From Chiloscyllium plagiosum (taxonomy: Eukaryota), in NCBI RefSeq assembly GCF_004010195.1, contig NC_057750.1, positions 15,800,344 to 15,820,343 on the forward strand: 20,000 nucleotides of DNA, read 5' to 3'. Shown here piece after piece: positions 9,621 to 19,632 of the stretch (positions are counted from its first letter, which is position 1; the number at the start of each line of letters is the position of its first letter). The notes under the pieces are model-generated. The model ran no database searches and was not told the origin of the DNA. It saw only the letters and a list, made by a program, of their open reading frames with translations. Made by a program: the position numbers and the translations under genes.

Positions 9621-10529
9621 CTCTTCTAGTGAAAACAAAACTCTATACGCACCAGAAATGTTCTCTGTCATACAGCTTTTAAAACAAACCCCACCATGAA
9701 TACAAAAATGTTTGTAAGCATTTAAACTCCTTCAGACACATAGCCCAAAACCCACATGCCACTAGCTCAAACCTCCAGAATGAACAATGTTGAAATGTAG
9801 ATAAATCATAAACTTTACATTACACTTCCTTAAAAAAGAAGACAAAAACTTAGTACAGAATATCAAGGTGTGGTGTTATTAAAGTGTAGTTCCATCTAAA
9901 CCCCACTCAAACATAACAGAAGTCTTTATTCCTGAACTCCACCCCCCTGGAATAAAAAACCCTCGATCCAATCCAGTAAAATAACAGTCTTACGACTGAC
10001 TTAGAGCATATTATTCATATCACTTTAAAAGCTCATCATCTACAAGATATAATGACCTCACTATGATCCTTATCAATGGATTTCCCCATCGGAACATTTC
10101 CCAATGCCAGGGAAAGGCAACTTCCGACGGGATTCACCTAATAATAAAAGCAATAGGATGGGGAGAAAAGCATAAAATCACTACTCAAAAGAGGTCAGGA
10201 TTAAAGCAGGGAGTCAGACAGATGGCAGCAGACCTCAGTGATACCCTCTTACACAACAGGAACAGAAAATCTCAACGTTGCAATAATATCAGCTTAATGC
10301 AGAAGTTAGGAACGAGGACAATATCTTGTCGGTGGTTAGGGGAAGGAAATCCCTGTTTAGCACAAAAGCTCTCACTTTGTTTGGAAAGAGGTTTACCCTG
10401 GAGCTTTGGCCATTTTTAGATGCACTGTTCTTAAGATAGTTGAACCAGCAGCCCCTTTCATTAAAACTGAATTCCAATAAAATGTCTGAAGCTGAATAGG
10501 TCACTTGCATCCCAGAGCACCTAACACAG

Positions 10530-11000
10530 CCCTCCGATTCGGTTCCACATTTTGATAAGGTGATGGCTGATCTGATGATCTCAACTTCAGTTTTCTGTCT
10601 GCATCCCATAGCCTTTGATTCCCTACTCACTCAAGAATGTGTCTCACTCATTGAACAAATTCAATGGTACGGCCCCCATTGCTTTCTGTGAAAGATAATT
10701 CTACAGGCATAAAAGCCTCCCAGAGAAAAGAGTCTCCTCATTTCTGTCTGAATCTTAAACTATGTAGCCTCCCCACCTCATCTTCCCCACAAGAGAAAAT
10801 GCCCTCTCTGTACATACCTTGTTAAACCACCCATAGGATCTTGGATGCTATAATAAAGTCACTTCTGCTTTTTTTAAACTGCAATGGTTACTCAATCTTT
10901 CTTCATAAGAAAATCCCTTTTTCCCAGGAATGAGCTGAGTGAGCATTCTCTGAACTGCTTCTAATATAATTATATCTTTTTTACAAGTAGGGAGCTAAAT
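10530..11000 (-). mobile_element. Old CR1-like LINE 3' fragment
   Basis: Minus-strand remnants of the CR1 ORF2 C-terminus and 3' UTR (gggaatcaaaggctatggg...gttgagatcatcagatcagccat). Confidence 0.6.
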
Positions 11001-11493
11001 AAAGGAATGAAGGAAAGGAGGGAATGGATGACCACCTAGTATTCAAAGAAAAATAGGCAGGTAGTGCTGGAGATCCCTGGGGTCCTGCTCACAAATCGGT
11101 TTTCCATTCTGGAAGCTGAGAAAGTTGCTGGCACCACAAGGGAGTGCAGTCAGATCCAGGCTTCTAGCATCACAAGCAGCCTGATTATACAGGAGAAGGA
11201 TGAAGAAGAAAGCAGGGGCGATAATGATAGGGGATTCATTAGTGACGTATTTCAGACAGGTGTTTCTGAGGCTGTAGATGTGACTCCAGGTTGGTGTGTT
11301 GCTTCTCATGTGTCAGGTTCAGGGATGTCACTGAGTGGCTACAGGACATCCTGAAGGGGTCGTGATGCACATTGGTACCAACGATATAGGTAGAACCAGG
11401 GAAGAGGTCTTGCCTCAAAACTTCAGGGAGTTAGGCAGTAGATTAAGAAGCTGGACCTCTAAGGTTATAACCTCAGCATTACTCCCCTTGTCA

Positions 11494-11638
11494 AAAAGTG
11501 TGATGCTGGAAAAGCACAGTGGTCAGGCAGCAAAACATTGACTCTCCTGCTCCTTGGATGCTGCCTGACCGGCTGTGCTTTTCCAGCAACACACCTTTTG
11601 ACTCTGACCTCCAGCATCTGCAGTCCTCACTTTCTCCT
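11494..11638. mobile_element. Fold-back PLE pLTR insertion with an imperfect 16-bp TSD
   Basis: attactccccttgtca (11478-11493) versus attactcctcatgtca (11639-11654). Inverted arms at ~11490-11532 and ~11559-11602. Same 3' end (cagtcctcactttctcct) as 589-802. Confidence 0.85.
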
Positions 11639-11778
11639 ATTACTCCTCATGTCATAGGCTAGCGAGCAGAGAAACAGGAGAGTGCATGGCATGAGGAGGG
11701 CGGATTTTAGATTCTTGGATCACTGGGACCATTTCTGGGGATGATGGGACCTCTACAATGGGATAGAGAGATAGGTTC

Positions 11779-11923
11779 TTGAGCACCAAAGGCATCAAAG
11801 TGTTACAGGGAGAAGGCGGGAGAATGGGTTTGAGAAACTTATCAGTCATGATTGAATGGCAGCACAGGCTCAATGGGCTGAATGGCCCTAGTTCCTGCTC
11901 CGATGTATTATGGTCTTATGGTC
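11779..11923 (+). mobile_element. Short CR1 3' fragment nested in CR1 ORF1
   Basis: ggcatcaaag...gattgaatggc...gggctgaatggcc...ttatggtcttatggtc tail; it interrupts the host ORF1 just before LN..KGTNILAG. Confidence 0.75.
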
Positions 11924-13356
11924 AGTCTGAAACTGAACCAGAAAGGGACCAACATCCTTGCAGGAGGATCTGGTAGTTCTGCAGAGAGGAGTTGCAGTAG
12001 GGCAGGGGTCACAGTGCATGTGTTCAATAGCAACACAGTATAACTTAGAAATGGAACCAAGAAAGAGCGAGTTCAGGCATGTGGTTGTCTCCAGGGAAAA
12101 AGGCAAAGCTGGATGGCCTCTACTTTAATGTTGGGGGAATGAAGGGTAATAACCAGATGGGTTATGGGCATGGATTGACAAATGGAACTGTAATGTTGTT
12201 ACCAACACAGAGGGACCTGACTGGCAACTTAACATTCCATAATTCGGGAAGCAAGGGGAAGGGTGTAAAAGTAGAAGTGGTGTTGTATTATTAGTTAGGG
12301 AGACAGTTACTGCAGTAAGGACGGATGATATCTTGGAAGGGTTGTCAAAGGAGGCTTTATGGGTAGAATTTAGGAATTAAAATTGTGCAGTCGCACTGTT
12401 AGGATTGTATTATAGGCCAGCAAAAAGTCAACAGGCAATCGAGGAGCAGAAGATACGTAGCCAGTTCATTAAGGTGTATAAAAATAATACTAAAGTAATT
12501 ATATTAGGGGATTTCAATGATGTCAATATTAATTGGGATAATCATAGTATAAAGGGTTTTAAACGAGGCTGGGCTTTTCCCAGCATTTTTGAAATGTGCA
12601 CAGAAGAGCTTTTTATATTAATGTGTAGATGGTCCAAGAAGGGATGGTGAAGTGTTGGACCTAATTCTGGGAAACAAAGCTGGACAAATGTTCCAGGTGA
12701 AGTGAGGGAGCATTTTAATGAAAGCAACCACAACACCTTACACTTCAAATTTGTTATGGGAAAGGTGAAAGATGGTTTGCAAAAAAAGAGCTTTGAATTA
12801 GGGTAAGGCAGATTTTATTAAAATAAGGCAGGATCCGGCCAAAATTTAAATCTACAGCAGAACAGTTGAGAGGGATAGGGGACATTCAGAAAGATAAGGG
12901 ACAGACCCAACACCTTTTGGGTGAAATGTAAGAGCAATAGGTCCAGAGAACCCTCAATATCTAGGAATGTACAGGACTGGATAAAAAAGAAAAGAGAGAC
13001 ATTTTAACAGGTACAAAGGGAACAAAACAATGGAGGTCTGAGATGAATTTAGGAAGTGCAAGGGGGAGCTCAAGAAAGCAATTAGGAGAACAAAAAGCTG
13101 GCATGAGAAAATGTTGGCAGGCAAGGTTGGGGATAATCCCAAAATAGTCTCCAAGTATTTCAAGGGGGAAGAGAATAACTAGGGAAAGAATAGGACCTAT
13201 GAGGAACCCAGGTGCAATTTGTGCAGGAAGCCAGAGGACATTGGTAGAGTGTTAAATGAGATGTTTACATCTATCTCTACCTGAGAGAAGAAGAATGGCA
13301 AGTACAGAATTCAAGAAGATGGCCTGTGAAATTCTTGAGCAGATTGTTATAAAATG

Positions 13357-13472
13357 TTAAAAATCACACAACACCAGGTTATAGTCCAAGATACACCTGT
13401 TGGACTAGAACCTGGTATTGTATGATTTTTAACTTTGTCCATCTCAGTCCAACACCAGCACCTGCACATCGC
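13357..13472. mobile_element. Short fold-back insertion, probably the pLTR end of a third PLE family, with a TSD
   Basis: TATAAAATG at 13348-13356 and 13475-13483. Inverted arms 13356-13389 and 13400-13433 (34 bp, 3 mismatches) plus a one-sided ~37-bp extension. Confidence 0.75.
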
Positions 13473-15013
13473 GATATAAAATGAGAGGAGGTACTGGAGG
13501 TTTTGGCAGATTTTTAAAGTGGATTCATTACCAGGTTCGGGTGAGTTGTATCCCAGGCCATTGTGGGAGACGGGGAAGGAAATCACAGGAACTCTGTCCC
13601 AAATTTTTATATCATCACTGGCCACAGAGGAGGTGCCAAAGGACTGGAGGACAGCTAATGTGGTTCCAGTTTAAAAGAAGGGTTGTTCTGATAGATCAGG
13701 AAACCCTAGACCAGTGAGTCTAACCTCAGTGATAGGGAAACTACTAGAGAAAGTAATGAAGGAGAAAATTAATTTCCATTCAGCAAGGCAAGGTTCGATC
13801 ATAGTTAGTCAGCATGGCTTTGTCAGAAGGAGGTCATGTGTAACAAATCTGGTGGAATTTTTCAACGAGGTGGCCAAGTGTTTGGATGAGGGTCGGGCAA
13901 CTGATGTCATTTGTATGGATTCATGGGAAACTGCTAAAGAAGGTGAAAACTCAGGGGATTCAAGATAACTCGGTAGGATAGATCCAAAATTGGCTTAGTG
14001 ATAGGAGACAGAAGGTGGTGGTAGAAAGCTATTCGTATGATTGGAGCTCAGTGTGCAGTGGTGTACCACAGGGATCAGTGCTGTGTCCTTTACTGTTTGT
14101 GATATTCAAAAATGATATAGATGAGAATGTGAGAGGGATGATAAGTAAGTTTACGGATGATGCAAACATTGGTTGGTGGTGGTCAATGATGAGGAAGATG
14201 TTAGGTTACAGGAGGATATAATTGGCTAGGTCAGATGGGCAGATCAGTGGCAGATGCAATTTAACCATGCGGTGATGCATTTTGGAACAGGAACAGACAA
14301 AGGAGTATTCAATGAATGACAAAACATCAGAAAGGTTAGAGGAACAGGGAGATCTTGGGGTGCTTGTCCACAGATTCCTAAAGGTGGTGGTATGGTTTAT
14401 TAGGGTTAATTAAGAAAGCATACAGCCTTTATCAGTCATGGCACAGATTATAAAAGCAGGGAAGTCATGTTGGAGCTGTACAGAAAGAACTTTGTACAGG
14501 CTACAGCTGCAGTACCATATCCAGCTCTGATCACCACAATATAGGAAGGATGTGATTGTATTGGAGGAAATGCAAAGGAAATTCACCAGGATGTTGCCTG
14601 GGATACAGCATTTCAGCGCTGAAGAGAGTCTGGATAAGATCAGGTGTTTTCTTTGAAGCAGAGAAGGTTGCGGGGGGACCTGATAATCATGTGTAAGAAT
14701 GTGAGGGCATGGACAGGGTGGATCGAAAGCAGCTGTTTCCCTTGCTTGAAGTATCAAAAACAAGGGGACGTAATTTTAAAATGAAAGACAGAAGGGTTAA
14801 GGGGGAGTTTGAGGAAAAATGTTTCACCCAGAGATGGTAGAAGTCTGGAATGCACTCCCTGGGGAGGGGGTTGAGGCAAGAAACCAAACAACTTTCAAAG
14901 CATATGTTGATGAGCACTTGAGGTGTCATAATGGGCAAGATCATGGGCCTGGTGTGGGGAAGTGGTACTAGTGTAGGTATATTTTCAATGGTATAGACTA
15001 GACGGGCTGAAGG

Positions 15014-15248
15014 TGAAGTAACTTTTCAGAGGCTGGTATCCCATCACCAAGTCACCCTTTATTTACATGTGGAGAATCTTCGACTATAGTATTCCCTCAT
15101 ACAGAATCAAACACCAAAGAGTCAGTAACCCTGACACTCAATCTTTTTATGTCAGCCAGGGCTCACTGATTGGACCACATTAACAGCCCTAATCAGGGGA
15201 CTCATACTCTAAGACGTCAGGCTGACTGACCTCATTTCAATCAGGACA
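15014..15248 (-). mobile_element. Probable short solo LTR (~235 bp) inserted in the CR1 tail
   Basis: TG...CA ends; flanks gaagg (15009-15013) and gaaga (15249-15253); splits the CR1 tail gggctgaag|...gcc...ctctatgattcta. Minus-strand CCAAT (~15170), TATA-like ataaaaa (~15145) and AATAAA (~15060). Confidence 0.6.
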
Positions 15249-15668
15249 GAAGAGCCCCTCCTGAACTCTATGATTCTACGACCAAAAACCTGTGGTCTTT
15301 CCAAAGCCCTGTACAAATGGAGTAAAATGTCCCTAACATTTTAATCTATTCCCTTTTGTACTGAACACTAACATTCTACTTACATTCCCAATTACCTGTT
15401 TGTATCTGTATGGTAACATTTTGTGATTCAAGTATCTGCCACCCAGATCCACTGAGTTCTGCTGTCTCTGCATTAAACAATATACTGCTTCCATATTCTT
15501 CCTGCCAAACTGGATGGTTCAAATATTCCTACATTGTGCATCATCTGCAAACTCTTTTTTTGACCTTGAATATACTAAAACCCCACTCACCTTTGTACTC
15601 TATGCTACTTTCTCCCCACCCCCACCCTCCTCTCATTTATCTCTCCACCCTTCAGGCTCTCTGCCTGT

Positions 15669-15704
15669 ATTCCTGATGAAGGGCTTTTGCCCGAAATGTC
15701 GATT
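15669..15704 (+). ncRNA. Minimal hammerhead ribozyme motif (5' pLTR)
   Basis: CTGATGA(15673-15679)-a-gggc-tttt-gccc-GAAA(15693-15696)-TGTC; predicted cleavage after 15700. Confidence 0.82.
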
Positions 15705-16255
15705 TTACTGCTCCTCGGATGCTGATTGATCTGCTGTGCTTTTCCAGCACCACTAATCCAGATTCTGGTTTCCAGCATCTGCAGTCATTGTTTTTACCAA
15801 GTTGATTTTAACCCTACTGCGAACCCTCTTGCAAGGATGCCTGCCTTGAAGAAGTTTTCCTCCTCTCTCTACAAGAATCTCAGGGAGTCCCTCTCCTACT
15901 GCAACTCCCAGGTTATTTCCTCTGCCCTGAAGCTCTTCAACCATGTCCTGAAACAAACTCGAAGAACGCCTCATCTTCCGCCTCGGAACACTTCAACCCC
16001 AGGGCATCAATGTGGACTTCAACAGTTTCCTCATTTCCCATCCCCCCATCTCACCCCAGTTCCAAACTTCCAGCTCAGCACTGTCCCCGTGACTTGTCCT
16101 ACCTGCCTATCTTCTTTTCCACTTATCCACTCCACCCTCCCCCTGACCTATCACTTTCATCCCCTCCCCCACTCACCTATTGTACTCTATGCTACTTTCT
16201 CCCCACTCCCACATTCCTCTCATTTATCTCTCCACCCTTCAGGCTCTCTGCCTGT

Positions 16256-16291
16256 ATATCTGATGAAGGGCTTTTGCCCGAAACATCGATA
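16256..16291 (+). ncRNA. Minimal hammerhead ribozyme motif (3' pLTR)
   Basis: atat-CTGATGA(16260-16266)-a-gggc-tttt-gccc-GAAA(16280-16283)-CATC-gata; predicted cleavage after 16287. Confidence 0.82.
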
Positions 16292-16399
16292 TTACTGCTC
16301 CTCGGATGCTGTCTGAACTGCTGTGCTTTTCCAGCACCACTAATCCAGAATCTGGTTTCCAGCATCTGCAGTCATTGTTTTTACCTACTTAAAAACTCA

Positions 16400-16585
16400 G
16401 TCTTGACAGTCCTCTGTGGTGAACAATTCTACAAATTCAGTACCCAAAAAGAGGAAAAACATCATGTTTATCTGACTTAAATGTGCAACCCTTTACTCTG
16501 AGATAATACCTTTTGGTCCTGGACTCTCCCATTAAGGGCAACAACCTCTCTCTGCATTTACCTTGTCAAATCCCCTGAGAATCTT
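16400..16585 (-). mobile_element. Old CR1 3' fragment
   Basis: Minus-strand remnants of the ORF2 end (gagtccaggaccaaaagg...ctcagagtaaaggg...gtagaattgttcaccacagaggactg). Confidence 0.55.
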
Positions 16586-18430
16586 CGTTATCTTCGCCTC
16601 TGTGCCCATTTCTTTGGACAAGAGTCTTCTTCCCATCCCACAGACCCTTTCGCCCAGCTCTAACACTCTCCCTCCACCTGGACCCCTTCCTCTGGCCTTC
16701 TAACTGCCACTTGATCTGTTCATTGAGAACTGTCAAAGTGACATTGATTGCCTAGTTTCTCTGCCACCCCCCTCACCCAATCCAATCTATCTCCCTCCGA
16801 ACTGACTGCACTCCATATGCTTAAATGCAACCCTGACTTTGTTATTAAGCCTGCCGATAAGGGTGGTGCTCTTGTTGTCTGGCATACTGACCTCTACATT
16901 GCAGAGGCTGAGTGCCAGCTCTTAGATACCTCCTTCTGTCTCCCCCTGGATCATGACCCCAACATGGCACATCAGGCCATTATATCAATGACAGTCACTG
17001 ACCTCATTTTGTCTGGTGACCATGGATACCCGCATGCGCCCCACTAATGTCTGTCTCTTTGTGAGGTATGTGGAACATTCCTTGTTCCGGTCCTTTTCCG
17101 ACCCACACCCACAACTCTTTCTCTTAGATATCGATGCTATAATCAGTGCTGCTTTCCTCTCTTATCCAGAATTTAAAAAGTTAATCAATTTCACTTCCAA
17201 TTTTCACCCCTCCCTCTGACTCCTCTCTTCCTTTCCCTTCCACAACATCTCTGTTTCCATTTCTGGGGATAGACCGGTCACTAATATCCACTATAAACCC
17301 ACCGACTCCCACAGCAACTTGCTCTGTACATCCTCGCACCCTGCTTCCTGTAAAGACTCTATTCTATTCCCCCAGTTCCTTCGTCTCCATTGCATATGTT
17401 CCTATGAGGCCAACTTTGACAAGGGAGCCTCCGAAATGTCCACCATCTTCCTCAATGGGAGATTCCCCAGAACTCTTTTTGACTGGGCCCTCAACCAGGT
17501 CCGAACCATTTCCCGTGCTTCCACCCTCACCCCCTCTCTTCCCTCCCATAACAGCGATAGAGTTCTCTTTGTCCTTATTTACCATCCCACCAGCATCCAC
17601 ATCCAGAAGATCATCAGCTGCCATTTCTGCTACCTCCAGCGAGATGCCACCACCAGACACATATTCCCTTTCCCTCCCTTGTCCACCTCCTGCAGGGACC
17701 ATTCCCTCAGGGACACTCTGGTCCACTCTTCCTTCACTCCCAGCACTCCCACCCACAGCCCAATGGCACCTTCCCCTGCAGAAGGTGTAACACCTGCCCA
17801 TTTACCTCCTCCCTCCTCAGTATCCAAGGGCCCAAACATAACTTCCAGGTATAGCAATTCTTTACCTGCACTGCACACAATCTAGTCTACTGCATTCACT
17901 GCTCACTATGTGGTCTCCTCTACATTGGGGAAACGAAACATAGACTGGGTGACCCCTTTGCAGAACATCTACGTTCTGTCGACAAAAAAGACCCTGAGCT
18001 TCCAATTGCCTGTCACTTTAACACACTACCACATTCGCTGGCCAATATCTCTGTCTCAGGCTTGCTGCAGTGCTCCAGCGAAGCTCAGCACAAACTTGGG
18101 GACCCAGCAGCCCTCCAGTCCCAATATCAAGTTCAATAATTTTAGGGCTTGAACTCCCTCATGTCCCAGCCCCCTACCTCACACACCAGGCCTTGTTATC
18201 ATATAGTCATTGCACACTACCTATTGTTAGCCACTAACGTTTCCCACTAACAGCTACTCACCCTCCCAGCCAGATCGTTATCAACTCCCTTGTCTGTCTA
18301 ACTGTTCTTGTCTCTCTTTGGGCTCTTTCTCTACCTATCTTTTACTGCCACCGCCCCCCCCTCCCCGACCCCGAACCCCACCCTCCACTATCTTCTGCAT
18401 ATAAACCAATGTTTTCCTAGCTACTTTCTA
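16586..18430 (+). mobile_element. Decayed Penelope-like element (RT, GIY-YIG and 3' UTR) with internal deletions
   Basis: VIKPADKGGALVVW (16840s), MDTRMRP (motif B), LDIDA (YIDD remnant, ~17125), YKPTDSHS, CKDSILFPQFLRL and NLVYCIHCSLCGLLYIGETKHRLGDPFAEHL (17879-17972); stop near 18152, then a pyrimidine-rich 3' region. Confidence 0.9.
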
Positions 18431-18774
18431 CTAGAAGTGCACACTTATCTAGTGGCACTTTCTCAAATACGTTTTCAAATTCCAAATACACTTCCTCTTC
18501 ATCCTCTTTGCTTGTTATTTTCAACAAAACTCGAAAAAATTGGTGAAACACAATTTATCTTTCATGAAACGATGTGGTCTTTGCTCAATTGTGCTCTGAT
18601 TTTCTAATTGCCAGGCTATTACACCTTTAGCAATGAATCCTAATAATTTCAATCAAGAAGACATTAGACTAAATGGCCTATGGTTTCCACCATTTTATCT
18701 CTCTTTTCATTTACAACTTTCCAATCTATTCAGACCTTTCCAGAGTTTAAAATATTTAAGAAGATAACCAATGC

Positions 18775-19380
18775 CTTGAACTCAGGTCATGTTTTAAAAA
18801 ATAGAGTTGCCCATTTAAGACAGATAAGGAAATAGTATTTTTTTCTCTCAGAGGGTTAAGAGTCTTTAGAATTCACTTCCTCAAAAGATGGTGGATCACA
18901 AAATACCCTACTATGTAGAAGAAGGCCATTCAGCCTACTCCGACCCTCTGTAGACCATCCCATCCAGATCCTGTCCCCCACCCCATCTCTACATACCCCA
19001 TGGCTAATCCACCTAGCCTGCACATCCTTAGACACAATTAAGCATGGCCAATCCACCTAGTGTGCACATCTATGGACTGTGGGAAGAAACCAGAAACCCA
19101 CACAGACATGAGGAGAATAGGCAAATCCCACACAAATAGTCACCCATGGCCGGAATTGAAACCAGGTCTCTGGTTCTGTGAGGCAACAGTGTTAACTGCT
19201 GAGCCACCATGTGGATGGAGATTCTTTAAATATTGTTACAGTAGAGGTAGGTAGATTATTGTTTACCAGGGGGATAAACGATTCTTGGGGATATACCGAA
19301 TGTAGAGCTGAGGTTAAAATCAAATCAGCATGCTGGGCAGGCTTGAAGGGCTGAGTGGCCTATTTTGTTCATATGCCTCT
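18775..19380 (+). mobile_element. Old CR1 3' fragment split by a SINE
   Basis: ggtcatgttttaaaa...ttctctcagaggg...gtggat | gtggat...gggcaggcttgaagggctgagtggccta tail. Confidence 0.65.
18898..19210 (-). mobile_element. HE1-type tRNA-derived V-SINE
   Basis: Head atggtggctcagcagttaacactg...ggtttcaattcc, V-domain and tail ggctgaatggccttcttctacatagtaggg; gtggat occurs on both flanks. Confidence 0.88.
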
Positions 19381-19632
19381 ATTATCTCTGCTGCCGTTTC
19401 TTTGAAAGCCCTATGATGCATGCTGTCTCATCCAGGGGATTTGTTGGCTTTCAGGTCAAATAGTTTTCCAGCACCTTTTCCATGGAGACAATATTTTAAG
19501 TTCTCCTTCATTTCTCCTTTCCATTTCACCTTAAATGGAAAGATAAGCGGCAGGATAGCATATGTGCAGGCAGATTTAAACTTGAGACAGACTGGGAATG
19601 CAGCAAAAAGGAAGGATAACTTAGGACATCTT

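Larger units (their letters stand above)
11040..15277 (+). mobile_element. Near-full-length decayed CR1 LINE (ORF1 SGNH esterase; ORF2 APE endonuclease and RT) with four nested insertions
   Basis: ORF1 remnants LTNRFSIL and VVMHIGTNDIG (SGNH block III). APE remnants YYRP and IILGDFNDVNINWD. RT remnants SLTSVIGKLLEK, SQHGFVRRRSCVTNL, SGVPQGSVLCPLLFVIF and SKFTDD. Tail ctctatgattcta at ~15265-15277. Many frameshifts and stops. Confidence 0.9.
15581..16385 (+). mobile_element. Internally deleted non-autonomous mini-PLE with two direct pLTR repeats
   Basis: Direct repeats 15581-15798 and 16167-16385 (~218 bp). Between them, a presumed ORF start (ATG 15837, MPALKKFSSSLYKNLRESL...LKQTR) is joined at ~15960/15961 out of frame to a GIY-YIG-domain C-terminus (EERLIFRLGTLQPQGINVDFNSF, stop at 16090-16092). 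Flanks tactaaaa/tacttaaaa. Confidence 0.85.

Noticed and set aside
10063..10419. 118-aa ORF as a gene
   Set aside because: No recognisable domain or supporting gene structure; the length is within chance expectation.
15726..16316. 196-aa ORF as a host gene
   Set aside because: It is a chimera of pLTR sequence, a PLE ORF start and an out-of-frame PLE 3' end; there is no coherent domain and it starts at a non-ATG codon.
17319..17885. 188-aa ORF and overlapping ORFs as functional genes
   Set aside because: Frameshifted segment of the decayed PLE RT-linker; the overlapping frames are by-products of C-rich sequence.
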